Below, piece by piece: positions 26,707-38,660 of a stretch of DNA of 64,000 bases. The notes beneath the pieces are model-generated. The model was not told the origin of the DNA, made no database searches, and saw nothing but the letters and a program-made list of their open reading frames with translations. Source of the DNA: Chiloscyllium plagiosum (taxonomy: Eukaryota); contig NC_057720.1 in NCBI RefSeq assembly GCF_004010195.1, positions 9,868,385 through 9,932,384 on the forward strand, written 5' to 3'. Both the position numbers and the translations under genes were made by a program. Each line of letters begins with the position of its first letter. The first letter of the stretch is position 1.

Positions 26707-28210
26707 AATTTAATAAATATCTGGAATTAAGAAACTAATGAGGCCGATAAGTCAATTGTCAGGAATAAACCCATCTGGTTCACTAATGTCCTTTAGGGAA
26801 GGAAATCTGCCGTCCTTACCTGGTCTAGCTTACATGTGACTCCAGACTCACAGCAATGTGATTAATCTCAACTATCCTCTGAGCAATTAGGGATGGGCAA
26901 TAAATGCTGCCTAGCCAGTGACTCCTCTCATCCCATAAATGAATTAAAAAAAAGCTTCTCTATCTTTCACACATTTCTCACCAATCGAATGTTGCCATCT
27001 TTTCCTCTACCTCCTGGTGAAATGCATGGCTCCCCTCGACACCCCTTTCTTGAGCTCTGAGAACAGGAGTACTGAGACCTCAACAAAGCTGCCTACAGCA
27101 CTGGTCACCAGACCTCAGTGGGGACATTAGGTTTAAGAGTGTAGGATCTGTGAGCACCTCAGTATGACAGCTCCACAGCTGCCTGAGGAAGTAACACCCC
27201 AGGTTTCTGGCACTTGGAGAACTGCCAGAGACCAGGCAGGAGAGGAACCCCATGGTGTCTGCAACGTTGGACTTCACCCACATGCAGCAGACAGGAATAT
27301 GGGAGGGAATGGCCCAGAAATTACCATGAGTCATATGGTCTGCTGGACACATCTGTACCCCAGCCTCCCAGTCAATGGTCCCACAGCGACGGAGGTGGGG
27401 GGAGGCATGGAATGTGGCATGCCTCCCCCATCTTCTCATGGAGGACAGGGCGTTGCTAAGAGGCTAAAGAAATCGAAGATTATTGGGAGAAAGCAGGAAA
27501 AAGGTACTGAGTTGGATGATCAGCCATGATTATATTGAATGGCCTCCTACTGGTTGTATGTTTCAAGGTGTGAGATTGACACATTACCTTGTCTTACAGC
27601 AAAATGCATTCCTGTTTTGATTAAAGATGGCTGAACAGGAAGTTAAGCTGCCCGGTTACGTCACTGCACTAACTGGGACAACAAGACAATGTTTGGATAG
27701 AGCCGAGGAAAGGAGTGACCTGCTCTGAGAAACTCCCACAGCCATTCATTGCAGGTCTCCATGCTTCCTCAGGGTCTTGCAAGTGGCTTGGGGAGGTGCC
27801 ATGTTGGTTGTGAAGACAAATATTGGATGCTAATGTCCGTGGACAAGGGGCACATGCATCTGATGCTTGTGGATCATGTCCTGAGATGCTGCTTGTTGCT
27901 GAGCAGCACAGAGGCTGGTCACAGCCAGCGGTGACCTGAAGACGTTCGGCGCTCACTCTGACTTCCATGTTGAGATTTCTCAATACCTAGCCTGTTTGGT
28001 AAGATAGAAAGCTGAATATAAATGAGATGAGTTGTGGCATTAATAACAAGCAGTAATCCCCTTTAATTGATAACTCTAGTCTGCCTTGTGAGAAACTCCC
28101 CTTGCCACTCATCAGAAACATGAAAGACATGGAACGAGATGCTCATGGTATAGAGAGACCTTGCTGAGCTTCTCATCCAGTTTTACCACAAATCCTCCAT
28201 CATCCAAATG

Positions 28211-29340
28211 CCCCCATGGTAGGCTACTGCAGAAAATACGGAGATATGGCATTGAGGGTGAGTTGGAGGTTTGGATTAGGAATTGGCTGGATGGAAGAAG
28301 ACAGAGGGTAGTAGTTGATGGCAAAGTTTCTTCATGGAGTGCCATCACTAGCGGTGTTCCGCAAGGATCTGTTTTGGGACCATTGCTGTTTGTCATTTTT
28401 ATAAATGACCTGGAAGAGGGGTTAGAAGGTTGGGTGAGCAAGTTTGCGGATGACACGAAAGTCGGAGGAGTTGTTGACAGTGAGGAAGCATGTGGCAGGG
28501 TACAGCAGGATATAGAGAAGCTGCAGAGCTGGGCAGAAAGGTGGCAGATGGAATACAATGTAGCTAAGTGCGAGGTGATTCACTTTGGGAAGAATAACAA
28601 AAAGATGGGGTACTGGGCTAATGGTCGGATACTTGGTAGTGTGGATGAGCAGAGGGATCTTGGTGTCCATGTACACAGATCTCTGAAAGTTGCCACCCAG
28701 GTAAATAGTGCGGTGAGGAAGGCATATGGCGTACTGGCTTTTATTGGTAGAGGAATTGAGTTCCGGAGTCCTGAGGTCATGATGCAGTTGTATAAGACTC
28801 TGGTACGACCGCATCTGGAATATTGTGTGCAGTTTTGGTCGCCATACTATAGGAAGGAGGTGGAGGCACTGGAACGGGTGCAGAGGAGGTTTACCAGGAT
28901 GTTGCCTGGTATGGAAGGAAGATCGTATGAGGAAAGACTGAGACACTTGGGGCTGTTTTCATTAGAGAAAAGAAGGTTTAGGGGTGACTTGATTGAGGTG
29001 TACAAGATGATTAGGGGGTTAGATAGGGTTGACAGTGTGAACCTTTTCCTGCGTATGGAGTCGGGTATTACAAGGGGGTATAGCTTTAAATTAAGGGGGG
29101 GTAGATATAGGACTGAAGTTAGGGGTAGGTTCTTCACTCAGCGAGTCGTAAGTTCATGGAATGCCCTGCCAGTAGCAGTGGTGGACTCTCCCTCTTTATG
29201 GGCATTTAAGCGGGCATTGGATAGGTATATGGAGGATAGTGGGTTAGTATAGGTTAGGTGGGCTTGGATCGGCGCAACATCGAGGGCCAAAGGGCCTGTA
29301 CTGCGCTGTATTCTTCTATGTTCTATGTTCTATGTTCTAT
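28211..29340 (+). mobile_element. Young 5'-truncated CR1 LINE with open ORF2 3' part
   Basis: Uninterrupted reading frame from PHGRLL to the stop at 29252; (ttctatg)n tail. Confidence 0.95.
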
Positions 29341-29464
29341 CCAGATCTCTCAGATCCCTATAAGTTTGGCCCCTTATACCTGTCTTACATATCAGCCACA
29401 TGCTAATGTACGTTACATGGTTTGATTCATTCTCTGCTCTTCTGATCCAGCACTGAAAACTTTG

Positions 29465-29728
29465 ATCAAAAGAAGGGACCTAAGGGGCAACGTTTTCACG
29501 CAGAGAGTAGTGCATGTGTGGAATGAGCTGCCAAAGAAAGTGGTGGATGCTAGTATAATTACAACATTTATTTGGCATCTGAATGAATATATGAATAAGA
29601 AGGGATTAGAGGGATATGGGCCAAGTGCTGCTAAATGGGACTAGATTAATTTTTGATATCTGGTTGGCATGGATGAGTTGGAGCGAAGGGTTTGTTTCCA
29701 TGCTGTACATCACTATGACCCTATGACA
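29465..29728 (+). mobile_element. CR1 3' fragment
   Basis: FTQRVVHVWNELP and tail. Confidence 0.85.
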
Positions 29729-29774
29729 TTGCCCAGCAAGTGCATTTTCTTTAATTGATACTCCAATTCTATTT

Positions 29775-30108
29775 TTTGATTTGATTTGATTTATCATTGT
29801 TACATGTATCAAGATAGACTGGAAAGAATTGTTTTGCATGCTAATCAGACAAATTATATCTTACATAAATACATCAGAATAATAGAACAGAGCAAGGGAT
29901 GCAAAGTTATGGCTGCAGAGAAGATACACAAAGAGCGAAGTCAACATTAAATTTGAAATTTGAGAGATCTATTCAGAAATCTAATAACTGTGGGGAAGAA
30001 GCTGTTCTTGAACTTATTGTTACATGTGTTTAAGCTTCTGTATCTTCTGCCTAATGGAAGAGGTTGGATGAGATTATAACTGGGGTGGGAGGGGTCTTTG
30101 TTTATATT
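29775..30108 (-). mobile_element. Rex1/Babar 3' fragment
   Basis: KDPSHP...LPLGRRYRSL...FKNSFFPTVIR. Confidence 0.8.
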
Positions 30109-30210
30109 GACGGAGCAAATTACTGCAGATGCTGGAATCTGTACTGAAAACAATGAACGCTGGAAATCACAGTGAGTCAGACAGCATCCAAGAAGAGAGA
30201 GCAAGCTAAC

Positions 30211-31524
30211 TGTTATGACACAGCGGTGAACCCTTCTGTTAATTAAACCAAACACCCAGAAAACCTCATCGCGCCTTGTAATCTGTTAAAGTATGAGTGA
30301 CAGAGAACTCCCCAAATTCCACTGTTTAAAGAAAATAATATCAATTTATTCTTTAACTCTAACAGTGAACATTAAACAACAATTATTCACAACTCTAAGT
30401 CTCACTTTCTCTTAGCTGCCTATTATCTGCATCCAACTCTCTAACAACATACTGTTCCAAGAAAAATACTTGTTGAAATTACATCAACTTAATTTCAAAA
30501 CCATACATCGGCTGTCGTCTGTGGTGTCTGTCTCCTTCTGGCTGAAGATCTCCCTGGGTCAAATTCTTTCTTTTTACTGTGAAGATGTTACATATGAAAA
30601 GGTATCTTTGATAGAGAGTGTTTGGGTCTGTCTCAATGACAGTTACTCTTAATGGCAGTTACTCTGACTTTCAAACTGCCTGCTCTTTTAATACCCTCAG
30701 CATTGGATTGTGTCATTGGTTCAATGTTGGCAAAACAATAAATTCAAACTTGATTGGGTTATAGTATCCAGGGACATAATTTAAACTGATTGGTTAAATT
30801 CAACTTGTTGTCAAAACAGCAGCCAACTGACAGGCCGCCTACTTGCGGAACATTTCAGAGAACACCTCTGGGACACCCCACCCAACCCAACCACCCTATG
30901 GCTCAACACTTCAACTCCCCCTCCCACTCCACCAAGGGCATGCAGGTCCTTGGACTCCTCCATCGCCAGACCTTGGCAACATGATGGCTGGAGGAAGAGC
31001 ACCTCATCTTCCGCCTAGGAACCCTCCAACCACAAGGGATGAACTCAGATTTCTCCAGTTTCCTCATTTCCCCTCCCCCCACCTTGTCTCAGTCCCAACC
31101 CTCGAACTCAGCACCACCTTCCTAATCTGCAATCTTCTTCCTGACCTCTCCGCCCCCATCTCCACTCCAGCCTATCACCCTCACCTTAACCTCCTTCCAC
31201 CTATCGCATTTCCAATGACCCTCCCCCAAGTCTCTCCTCCCTACCTTTTATCTTAGCCTGCTTGGCACACTTTCCTCATTCCTGAAGAAGGGCTCATGCC
31301 CGAAATGTCGATTCTCCTGCTCCTTGGATGCTGCCTGACCTGCTGTGCTTTTCCAGCAACACATTTTCAAAACAGCAACCAACTCAGGTATCCATTTCAC
31401 AGCCAAATGTTACATTTTAATTTTCCAATACACTCTGAGATTGCTGGCTAGTCATATGAAGGTACTTTATAGTTCTCAGTTCAGACCAGTTGAAGGTAGA
31501 ATACATGCCTTCAACTTCATAACA
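30211..31524 (-). mobile_element. Probable solo LTR with a nested Penelope-like fragment
   Basis: TGTTATGA...TCATAACA inverted termini; minus-strand TATTAAAA (30686-30693) and AATAAA (30345-30350); flanks taac/caac. Confidence 0.65.
30829..31366 (+). mobile_element. Penelope-like 3' fragment, same family as 17778-18311
   Basis: Highly similar sequence; TSD tcaaaacagca(g/a)ccaact at 30811-30828 and 31367-31384. Confidence 0.9.
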
Positions 31525-31849
31525 CAACCTTCCATCCATTGACTCCATCCATGCTTCCCAAGGCCTCGGGAAGGCAGCCAACATCATCAAAGTGGAGAGA
31601 CGGCAACCTAATGTTTCGATCCTTCATCAGAGCTGATGTGAAGTGTGAAGGGAACTGCATTTAAGTAATAGGGTGGGGGTGGAGTGCTGGGAGAGAGGGG
31701 CTGCTGATAGTCCAGATCAAGTGATCAGAATGTGCGAATGGCAGAACCGTGCCTATCTCAAACTATCTCTGCCTTGATGGGTTATTTACTATTTTCTGGG
31801 TAAACAATTGCTTCCAATCCTCCTGCACTATGTCCTTTCTCAGATTGGT

Positions 31850-32170
31850 AGGGGTGTCACTGGAGTAGTGAATCTTCAGGTTAATGCTTTGAGGATATGG
31901 GTTTGAATCCCAACATGGCAGGTGGTCAAGTTGAATTCAGTCAAAATGAAATCTGTCCAAAATAAAAGTCATCCTGATGACAACCACGCCAATACTCTTA
32001 ATTGTCAGTCAAAACCCATTTGGTTCATTAATGTCCTTTAGAGAAGGAAATCTACCATGCTTAACTGGTCTGGCCTACATGTGACTCCAGAACCACAGCA
32101 ATGTTAGCTACTCTAAAGGCAATTAGACATTGGCAAAAAATGCTGGCCTATCCAGTGGCACAGTATCCAA
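31850..32170 (+). mobile_element. Deu-domain SINE
   Basis: Deu core at about 32010-32105. Confidence 0.65.
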
Positions 32171-32488
32171 ACAACAAAAAAAATGAATTATGTATGCTGG
32201 AACTCAGAAACAAAATCAAAAATTACTGGAGATATTCAGCATGACTGGCAATATCTGTGGAGAGAAAGTAGAGTTAATGTGCTGAGTCTAGTGGTGGTCT
32301 GGTGACTCCATAGTTAGCACTGCTGCCTCACAGCATCAGGAATCCAGGTTTGATTCTGGCCTTGTGCAATTGTCTATGTGGAGTTTGGATGTTCTCCCTG
32401 TGTCTGGGTTGATTCCCTCCCATAGTCCAAAGATGCACAAGTGAGGTGGATTAGGCATGCTACTTTGCCCTGTAGAGTCCAGAGATGT

Positions 32489-32802
32489 GGGCGGCACGGT
32501 GGCACAGTGGTTAGCACTGCTGCCTCACAGCGCCAGAGACCCGGGTTCAATTCCCGCCTCAGGCGACTGACTGTGTGGAGTTTGCACATTCTCCCCGTGT
32601 CTGCGTGGGTTTCCTCCGGGTGCTCTGGTTTCCTCCCACAATCACAAAGATGTGCAGGTCAGGTGAATTGGCCATGCTAAATTGCCCGTAGTGTTAGGTA
32701 AGGGGTAAATGTAGGGTTATGGGTGGGTTGCGCTTCGGCGGGGCGGTGTGGACTTGTTGGGCCAAAGGGTCTGTTTCCACACTGTAAGTAATCTAATCTA
32801 AT
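32489..32802 (+). mobile_element. Young full-length HE1-like SINE nested in an older HE1 copy (32295-32940)
   Basis: CpG-rich, intact A/B boxes, V domain, LINE-like tail. Confidence 0.92.
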
Positions 32803-33597
32803 ATGTAGGCCCGATGGATTAGCCATGGGTAATGCATGGCTCTGGGCATGGGCTGGATGTGGATAAGATGTTCTTCTGAGTATCAATGCAGACTTGCTGG
32901 GCTGAATAGCCTCTTTCTGCACTGTAGGAAACTCTATGATCCTCTTAGGATCACTGGACTCAAAATGTTAACATTGCTTTCTTCTCGCAGGTGCTGCCTG
33001 ATCTGTTGTGTTTCTCCATCAATTTCTAATTTTGATCTCATGAACAGAGTGTTTCTCTTCCTGTTAGGTGCTCACACTTTTGGCTCTTACTAGTTCCTTG
33101 AATTAAATACATCAAAGCTAATTATGTTGTGTTCCTATCTCTCAATCATTTGTCCCACTGGAGCACAACCCAATTGTCTAATATTATTGGCTAAGATTGA
33201 ATCCAGCACTACTTCTTTGTCATCTTGAGTGGGAAGATTGATAAGGTTAGTCCTGTATTTGGTGGAACGTAGAAGACTAAGGGGTGGCTTGAAGCAGATA
33301 TGACAGTGACAAACACATGTCTGTGCTTGAAACACAAAGCAAGTAAATGGTAAGTAGAATCACAACATTGTATTCTCATAGCATCTGAAATCCTTCAAGG
33401 TGGACTCTCTTAAAGGAATGGTATACATACAAAACATGCAGAGTCTCTTTAGGGAAGCTTTAACTGTGCAACCTTCACCTTTTCCAGATTCCCTGCCTAT
33501 GATCACTGTTCCCCAGGGAGCGATTATGTTCCACTATTATTCCAGTTATTATGGTGTTAATACTTCCATCCAAATTAAAGGAAGAAATTGCATTTCT

Positions 33598-34690
33598 TTC
33601 TCTTACCAATTTTTATAGATGCACCATAGAAAGCGTTCTATCTGGATGCATCACAGTGTGGCTTTGTTGTTCCCAAGGCAGTAAGAAACTACAGGGACTC
33701 GTGAACACAGCCCAGTCCATCACACAAACCAGCCTCCCATCAATTGACTCACAGAGTCACAGAGTCATAAACATGTACAGACCCTTCTGTCCAACATGTC
33801 TATGCCGACCAGATATCCTGGATAATCGCATTTGCCTGCATTTGGCCCATATCCCTCCAAATCCTTCCTATTCATATACCTATCCAGATGCCTTTTAACT
33901 GTTGCAATTTCACCAGCCTTCACCAACTTCCTCTGGCAGCTCATTTCATACACGTACCACCCTCTGCATGAAAAAGTTGCCCCTTAGGGCCCTTTTAAAT
34001 CTTTCCCCTCTCACCTTAAACCTATCCCCTCCAGTTCTGGACCCCCCTCCCACCCACCTTGAGGAAAAGGCTTTATCTACTTATCCTATCCATGCCCCTC
34101 ATGATTTTATAAACCTCTATAAGGTCTCCCCTCAATCTCCAATGCTCCAGGTAAAACAGCCATAGCCTATTAAGCCTCTCCTTATAGCTTAAACCCTGCA
34201 CTCCGGCAACATCCTTGTAAATCTTTTCTGAACCCTCTCAAGTTTCACAACATCCTTCCTATATCATGGAGACCAGAACTGCACACAGTATTGCAATGTC
34301 TTGCACAGCTGAAGCATGACCTCCTAACTCCATTTATAGTTCTCACTGTCTTGGGAAAGCAACCAACATAATCAAAGACCCTTCCCACTGCAGTTGTAAT
34401 CTCTTCCACCCTCTTCCATTGGGCAGAAGGTATAGAAATTTGTATACATGTACGAATAGATTCAAGAACAGCTTCTTCCCTGCTGTTATTAGACGTCTGA
34501 ATGGTCCTCTCAAATTTTAAATTTAATGTTGAGCTTGGCCCTTGTGCACCTTCTCTGTAGCCTGTAACATTGTATTCCTCGCTCTGTTCTATTACCCTAA
34601 TGCACTTTATATGATCTGCCTGTACTGCACACAGAATAAAACTTTTCACTGTACCTGGGTGCATGTGAAATAATAAATCAAAACAAATCA
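33598..34690 (+). mobile_element. Rex1/Babar 3' fragment split by a minus-strand CR1 (33750-34335)
   Basis: LTNFYRCTIESVLSGCITVW; resumes at about 34345; CR1 motifs lie between. Confidence 0.85.
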
Positions 34691-34987
34691 AGTTTGTATA
34701 CTATCTTTTCCCACCACAACATATCATAAAATCTTTCCAGCCAATGAAAGATTTTGGAAGTTTATTCATTGCGGTAAGATGTCAGCCAATTGTTGCTCTC
34801 ACCAACAGCAATTACATACCAAAGAATGCTATGTTTTAGTGAAGTCGAAAGAGGGGTAGTTATTGACTGAAACTGTGGGGAGAAGTCCCTTTCTCTTTTT
34901 TGAATTGTACCACAGCACTTCTTACGTCTACCTGACAGGTCAAAAAAAAGACAATTTATTGACACGCTCCATAGAGGGTACCTCCAC

Positions 34988-35077
34988 CAGTACCGCACTG
35001 GAACACTCACTCAGTACCGCACTGGAACACTCACTCAGTACCGCACTGGAACACTCACTCAGTACCGCACTGGAACA
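34988..35077. repeat. 24-bp perfect tandem repeat, 3.75 copies
   Basis: (cagtaccgcactggaacactcact)n. Confidence 0.95.
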
Positions 35078-35283
35078 TCAGCCGAATTGTGTCCAGGTCT
35101 CTGGAGCAGGATTTCAATGTGCAATCTTGTGACTGCTAGGTGACAATATATGATTGACCTATTGTCTAAATCATTACATCTCAAAGTGATCGATTGTCTC
35201 TGAAGTAATTTAGGATATTCTAATGTCATGAAAACCATGTGTAGACACAGACTCTTTCCAATATCATATTGTATCAATGGGCT

Positions 35284-35594
35284 TTAGATTACTTACTTAC
35301 AGTGTGGAAACAGGCCCTTCGGCCCAACAAGTCCACACTGACCCGCCGAAGCGCAACCCACCCATACCCCTACATTTACCCCTTACCTAACACTACGGGC
35401 AATTTAGCATGGCCAATTCACCTGACCTGCATATCTTTGGACTGTGGGAGGAAACCGGAGCACCCAGAGGAAACCCACGCAGACACGGGGAGAACGTGCA
35501 AACTCCACACAGTCAGTCGCCTGAGGCGGAAATTGAACCCGGGTCTCTGACGCTGTGAGGCCGCAGTGCTAACCACTGTGCCACCGTGCCGCCC
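35284..35594 (-). mobile_element. Young full-length HE1-like SINE
   Basis: Near-identical reverse complement of 32489-32802. Confidence 0.92.
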
Positions 35595-35963
35595 CGTTTT
35601 AGTTTCTCTAATAACAACTCTCATCTTCTCTGGTCACTGGTCTTCATGATATTGCCTGGAATGAAGAGTTTGAGTTACGAGGAGAGGCTGCATACGCTGG
35701 GACCTTTTTCACTGGAGAGTAGGAGTTTGAGAAGTGACCTTATGGAGATTTATAAAATCATGAGGGGTAAAGATAAAGTCAATGGCAGGTGTCTTTTCCC
35801 TAGGATAGGGAATTTCAAGACTGGGCGGCATGTTTTCAAGTTGAGAGGAGAGAGAGTTAAAAAAGACATGGGGGCAATTTATTATCACAGAGAGTGGTAA
35901 GAGTCTAGATTAGAGTGGTGCTGGAAAAGCACAGCCAGTCAGGCAGCATCCGAGGAGCAGGAA

Positions 35964-35999
35964 AATCGACGTTTCAGGCAAAAGCCCTTCATCAGGACT
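35964..35999 (-). ncRNA. Minimal hammerhead ribozyme motif
   Basis: agtc-CTGATGA-A-GGGC(TTTT)GCCT-GAAAC-GTC-gatt; stem I agtc/gatt. Confidence 0.75.
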
Positions 36000-36360
36000 G
36001 AAGGCGGTCCAAACTGTGCTGCTTTGAATACAGTCCGGAGTCCATGTGGGATCAGTTGGTTGCGGAGGCAAGCAGTGAGGAAGCAGATGTGGCTGTGGTA
36101 GCAGGTCTGTTTCAGTACATGGTTGAAGAGCTTCAGGGCAGAGGAGATGACCTGGGCGTTGAGGTAAGAGAGAGACTCCCTGAGATTCTTGTGGAGAGAG
36201 GAGGAGAACTTCTTCAAGGTAGGCATCCTTGCAAAAGGATTCACAGTAAGGTTAAAATCAACTAGGCAAATGTGTGGACTGCAGCTGCTGGAGATCAGAG
36301 TCTAGATTAGAGTGGTGCTGGAAAAGTACAGCAGGTCAGGCAGCATCCGAGGAGCAGGAA

Positions 36361-36396
36361 AATCGACGTTTCGGGCAAAAACCCTTCATCAGGACT
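36361..36396 (-). ncRNA. Minimal hammerhead ribozyme motif
   Basis: agtc-CTGATGA-A-GGGT(TTTT)GCCC-GAAAC-GTC-gatt. Confidence 0.8.
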
Positions 36397-36635
36397 GAAG
36401 TATATGGATCAAGTGCAGGCAGGTGGGACTAGTTTAGTTTGGGATTATGGTCGGCATGGACTGTTGGACTCAATGAGGGGTTCGGGGTAGGACGGTGCTG
36501 AGCAAATGGGAGAAAAGTCGGACATAACATTGAGACATCCTTTTAATATCTGACAATAAGAACAGTTAGGGATGAGATAGCACATCTCTGCACTACATTA
36601 ACTATCTTATTATGCTATCATACTGTATTTTAAAT

Positions 36636-37121
36636 AATGTTGTGAAACTTGAAAGGGTTCAGAAAAGATTTACAAGGATGTTGCCTGGGGTTGGAGGATC
36701 TGAGCTACAGGGAGAGGCTGAACAGGCTGGGACTGTTTTCCCTGGAGCGTCGGAGGCTGAGGGGTGACCTTATAGAGGAGAAAGTGAGGTCTGCAGATGC
36801 TGGAGATCAGAGCTGAAAATGTGTTGCTGGAAAAGCGCAGCAGGTCAGGCAGCATCCAAGGAGCAGGAGAATCGACGTTTCGGGCATAAGCCCTTCATCA
36901 GGATGTGTTTGGAATGAGCTGCCAGAGGAAGTGGTGGAGGCTGGTACATTGCAATTTTTAAGAGGCATCTGGATGGGTATATGAATAGGAAGGGTTTGGA
37001 GGGATATGGGCCGGGTGCTGGCAGGTGGGACTAGATTGGGTTGGGATATCTGGTCGGCATAGACGGGTTGGACCGAAGGGTCTGTTTCCATGCTGTACAT
37101 CTCTACGACTCTATGACTCTA
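36636..37121 (+). mobile_element. CR1 3' fragment interrupted by a minus-strand PLE repeat (36775-36903)
   Basis: CR1 motifs on both sides of the insert. Confidence 0.85.
36871..36904 (-). ncRNA. Minimal hammerhead ribozyme motif (canonical core)
   Basis: atc-CTGATGA-A-GGGC(TTAT)GCCC-GAAAC-GTC-gat. Confidence 0.8.
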
Positions 37122-38369
37122 TTAGTCTCTAATATAACAGTTTTCAGCCTTTGACTAAAACATTTTTTTTCTTAATTCATTTCAATTCATGCTACTGTTT
37201 ATACATTTGTGATTTTTTGGGGATGTGAATATTATTGCCAAGGCTGCATTTATTGGCCATCCTTCATTAACCCACAAGGAAGGTGAACCTTCACTCTGAT
37301 GGTTATTTGTGTTACTGAGTGCTTCACTCACAGCTCACTAAGCACAAACTGTACTGTATGGGGTACAATAGCCTGCTGCTTACAGAGCGGGATTGGCTAA
37401 CCAAAGGATGATGTTTCACAATCCCAAAGAGTTGCAAAATCCAATCCCGTCAGGTTTGAAACCCTTCAGTAATTCCCTGCCAACCGTGTGAGAACGGAGT
37501 CACACGCAGGGACAGAGGGGGACTCCTCTTTACGACAAAGCAGCAATTTTCTGGGGATGTTTATGCTGCCAGTTAATCACATTCTGAGTCAGAAAGCCAT
37601 AGGGTTCAAATCCCAGACTACAGACTAGACTCAATAGTCAAGGCTGGTATCCCTGTGGAATGTTGCATCTACAGTGGTGTGGGTTACCTCTTGAAGCAAA
37701 AACGGAAATTGCTGGAAAAACCCAGCGGGTCTGGCAGTGCCTGTGGAGAGAAATCACAGTTAACGTTTCAGGTTAAGTGACCCTCCCTCAGAACTGCTGC
37801 TGAGGGTTACTTCCAGATGGATACAGTGGAAGGCTATGTTAAACTTCGAACAAATCTCAGTATACTCTCTGTGGGTCTAGGTGCCGCATATTATAAATAA
37901 GGACATAGAGGGAGTGGGAGAAAGAATTTGCCAAAATAATCCCAGAAAATTGAGATATGCTGCCAGACAAAAAAGATGAACAGGCAACATTACTTTCCCT
38001 TGAAGAGAGAATGCTAAAGGGTGAATTAATAGAGGCCTTTAAAATGATCTTTGAAAGAGTGAATACAGAGAGAATGTTTTTACTCATGGAGAAAAGTATA
38101 ACTCGAGGCTATGCCAGTGACGAAGAAATGCAATTGGACATTCAGCAGAAACCTGTTACTCAAAGAGTAGAGAGAATGTGAGACTCACAGGAGATGCTTG
38201 AGACAACTCATGGAGATGCTTTCCAGTGAAGCCTAGACCAGTGTGTGAGAGAGCCGCAATGAGAGAGTCACACCAGTGTAAAATGGGAACAATGGAAGAA
38301 GGCTCATAAAGGTCAGCATGAACCGGTGGGGCAAAATGGCCTGTTTCATGCTGTAACTTCAAAGGAATG

Positions 38370-38660
38370 GGTGGCACAGTGGCTCAGTGGTTAGCACTGC
38401 TGCCTCACTGCGCCGAGGACTCAGGCTTGATTCCGGCCTTGGGAGACTGCCTGTGTGGCATTTGTGCATTGTCCGCATTTCTGAGTGGATTCCCTCCGGT
38501 TTCCTCTCACATCACCAAGATGTGCAGGCTGGGCAGATTAGCCTTGGGGAATACGGAGTTACAGGGATAGGGTCGGGGGCTGGCTCTGGGTGGGATGCTC
38601 TTCAGAGGGTCGGTATGGGCTCGATGGGCGTAATAACCTGCCTCCAGAGTGTAGAGGTTC
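38370..38660 (+). mobile_element. HE1-like SINE
   Basis: ggtggcacagtggctcagtggttagcactgctgcctcac head. Confidence 0.8.

Larger units (their letters stand above)
26244..26942 (+). mobile_element. Deu-domain SINE carrying two independent hairpin insertions
   Basis: tRNA-like head, B-box ggttcaaatcc and Deu core; interrupted at 26293-26435 and 26503-26706. Confidence 0.75.
35900..36400 (-). mobile_element. Mini Penelope-like unit: two direct HHR-bearing terminal repeats flanking the 5' start of the PLE ORF, inserted in a CR1 fragment (35645-36470)
   Basis: Direct repeats 35900-36003 and 36297-36400; intervening frame MPTLKKFSSS...HSHICFLTACLRNQLIPHGLR resembles a PLE N-terminus. Confidence 0.8.

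Noticed and set aside
27600..28000. Possible exon or enhancer in non-repetitive stretches (also about 37.3-37.6, 38.8-39.4, 41.0-41.7 and 52.0-52.3 kb)
   Set aside because: No recognisable protein motif or convincing splice-site pair; conservation cannot be judged without alignments
34988..35077. CRISPR array or STALEHSL repeat protein
   Set aside because: Directly abutting identical units with no spacers; no splice or coding evidence
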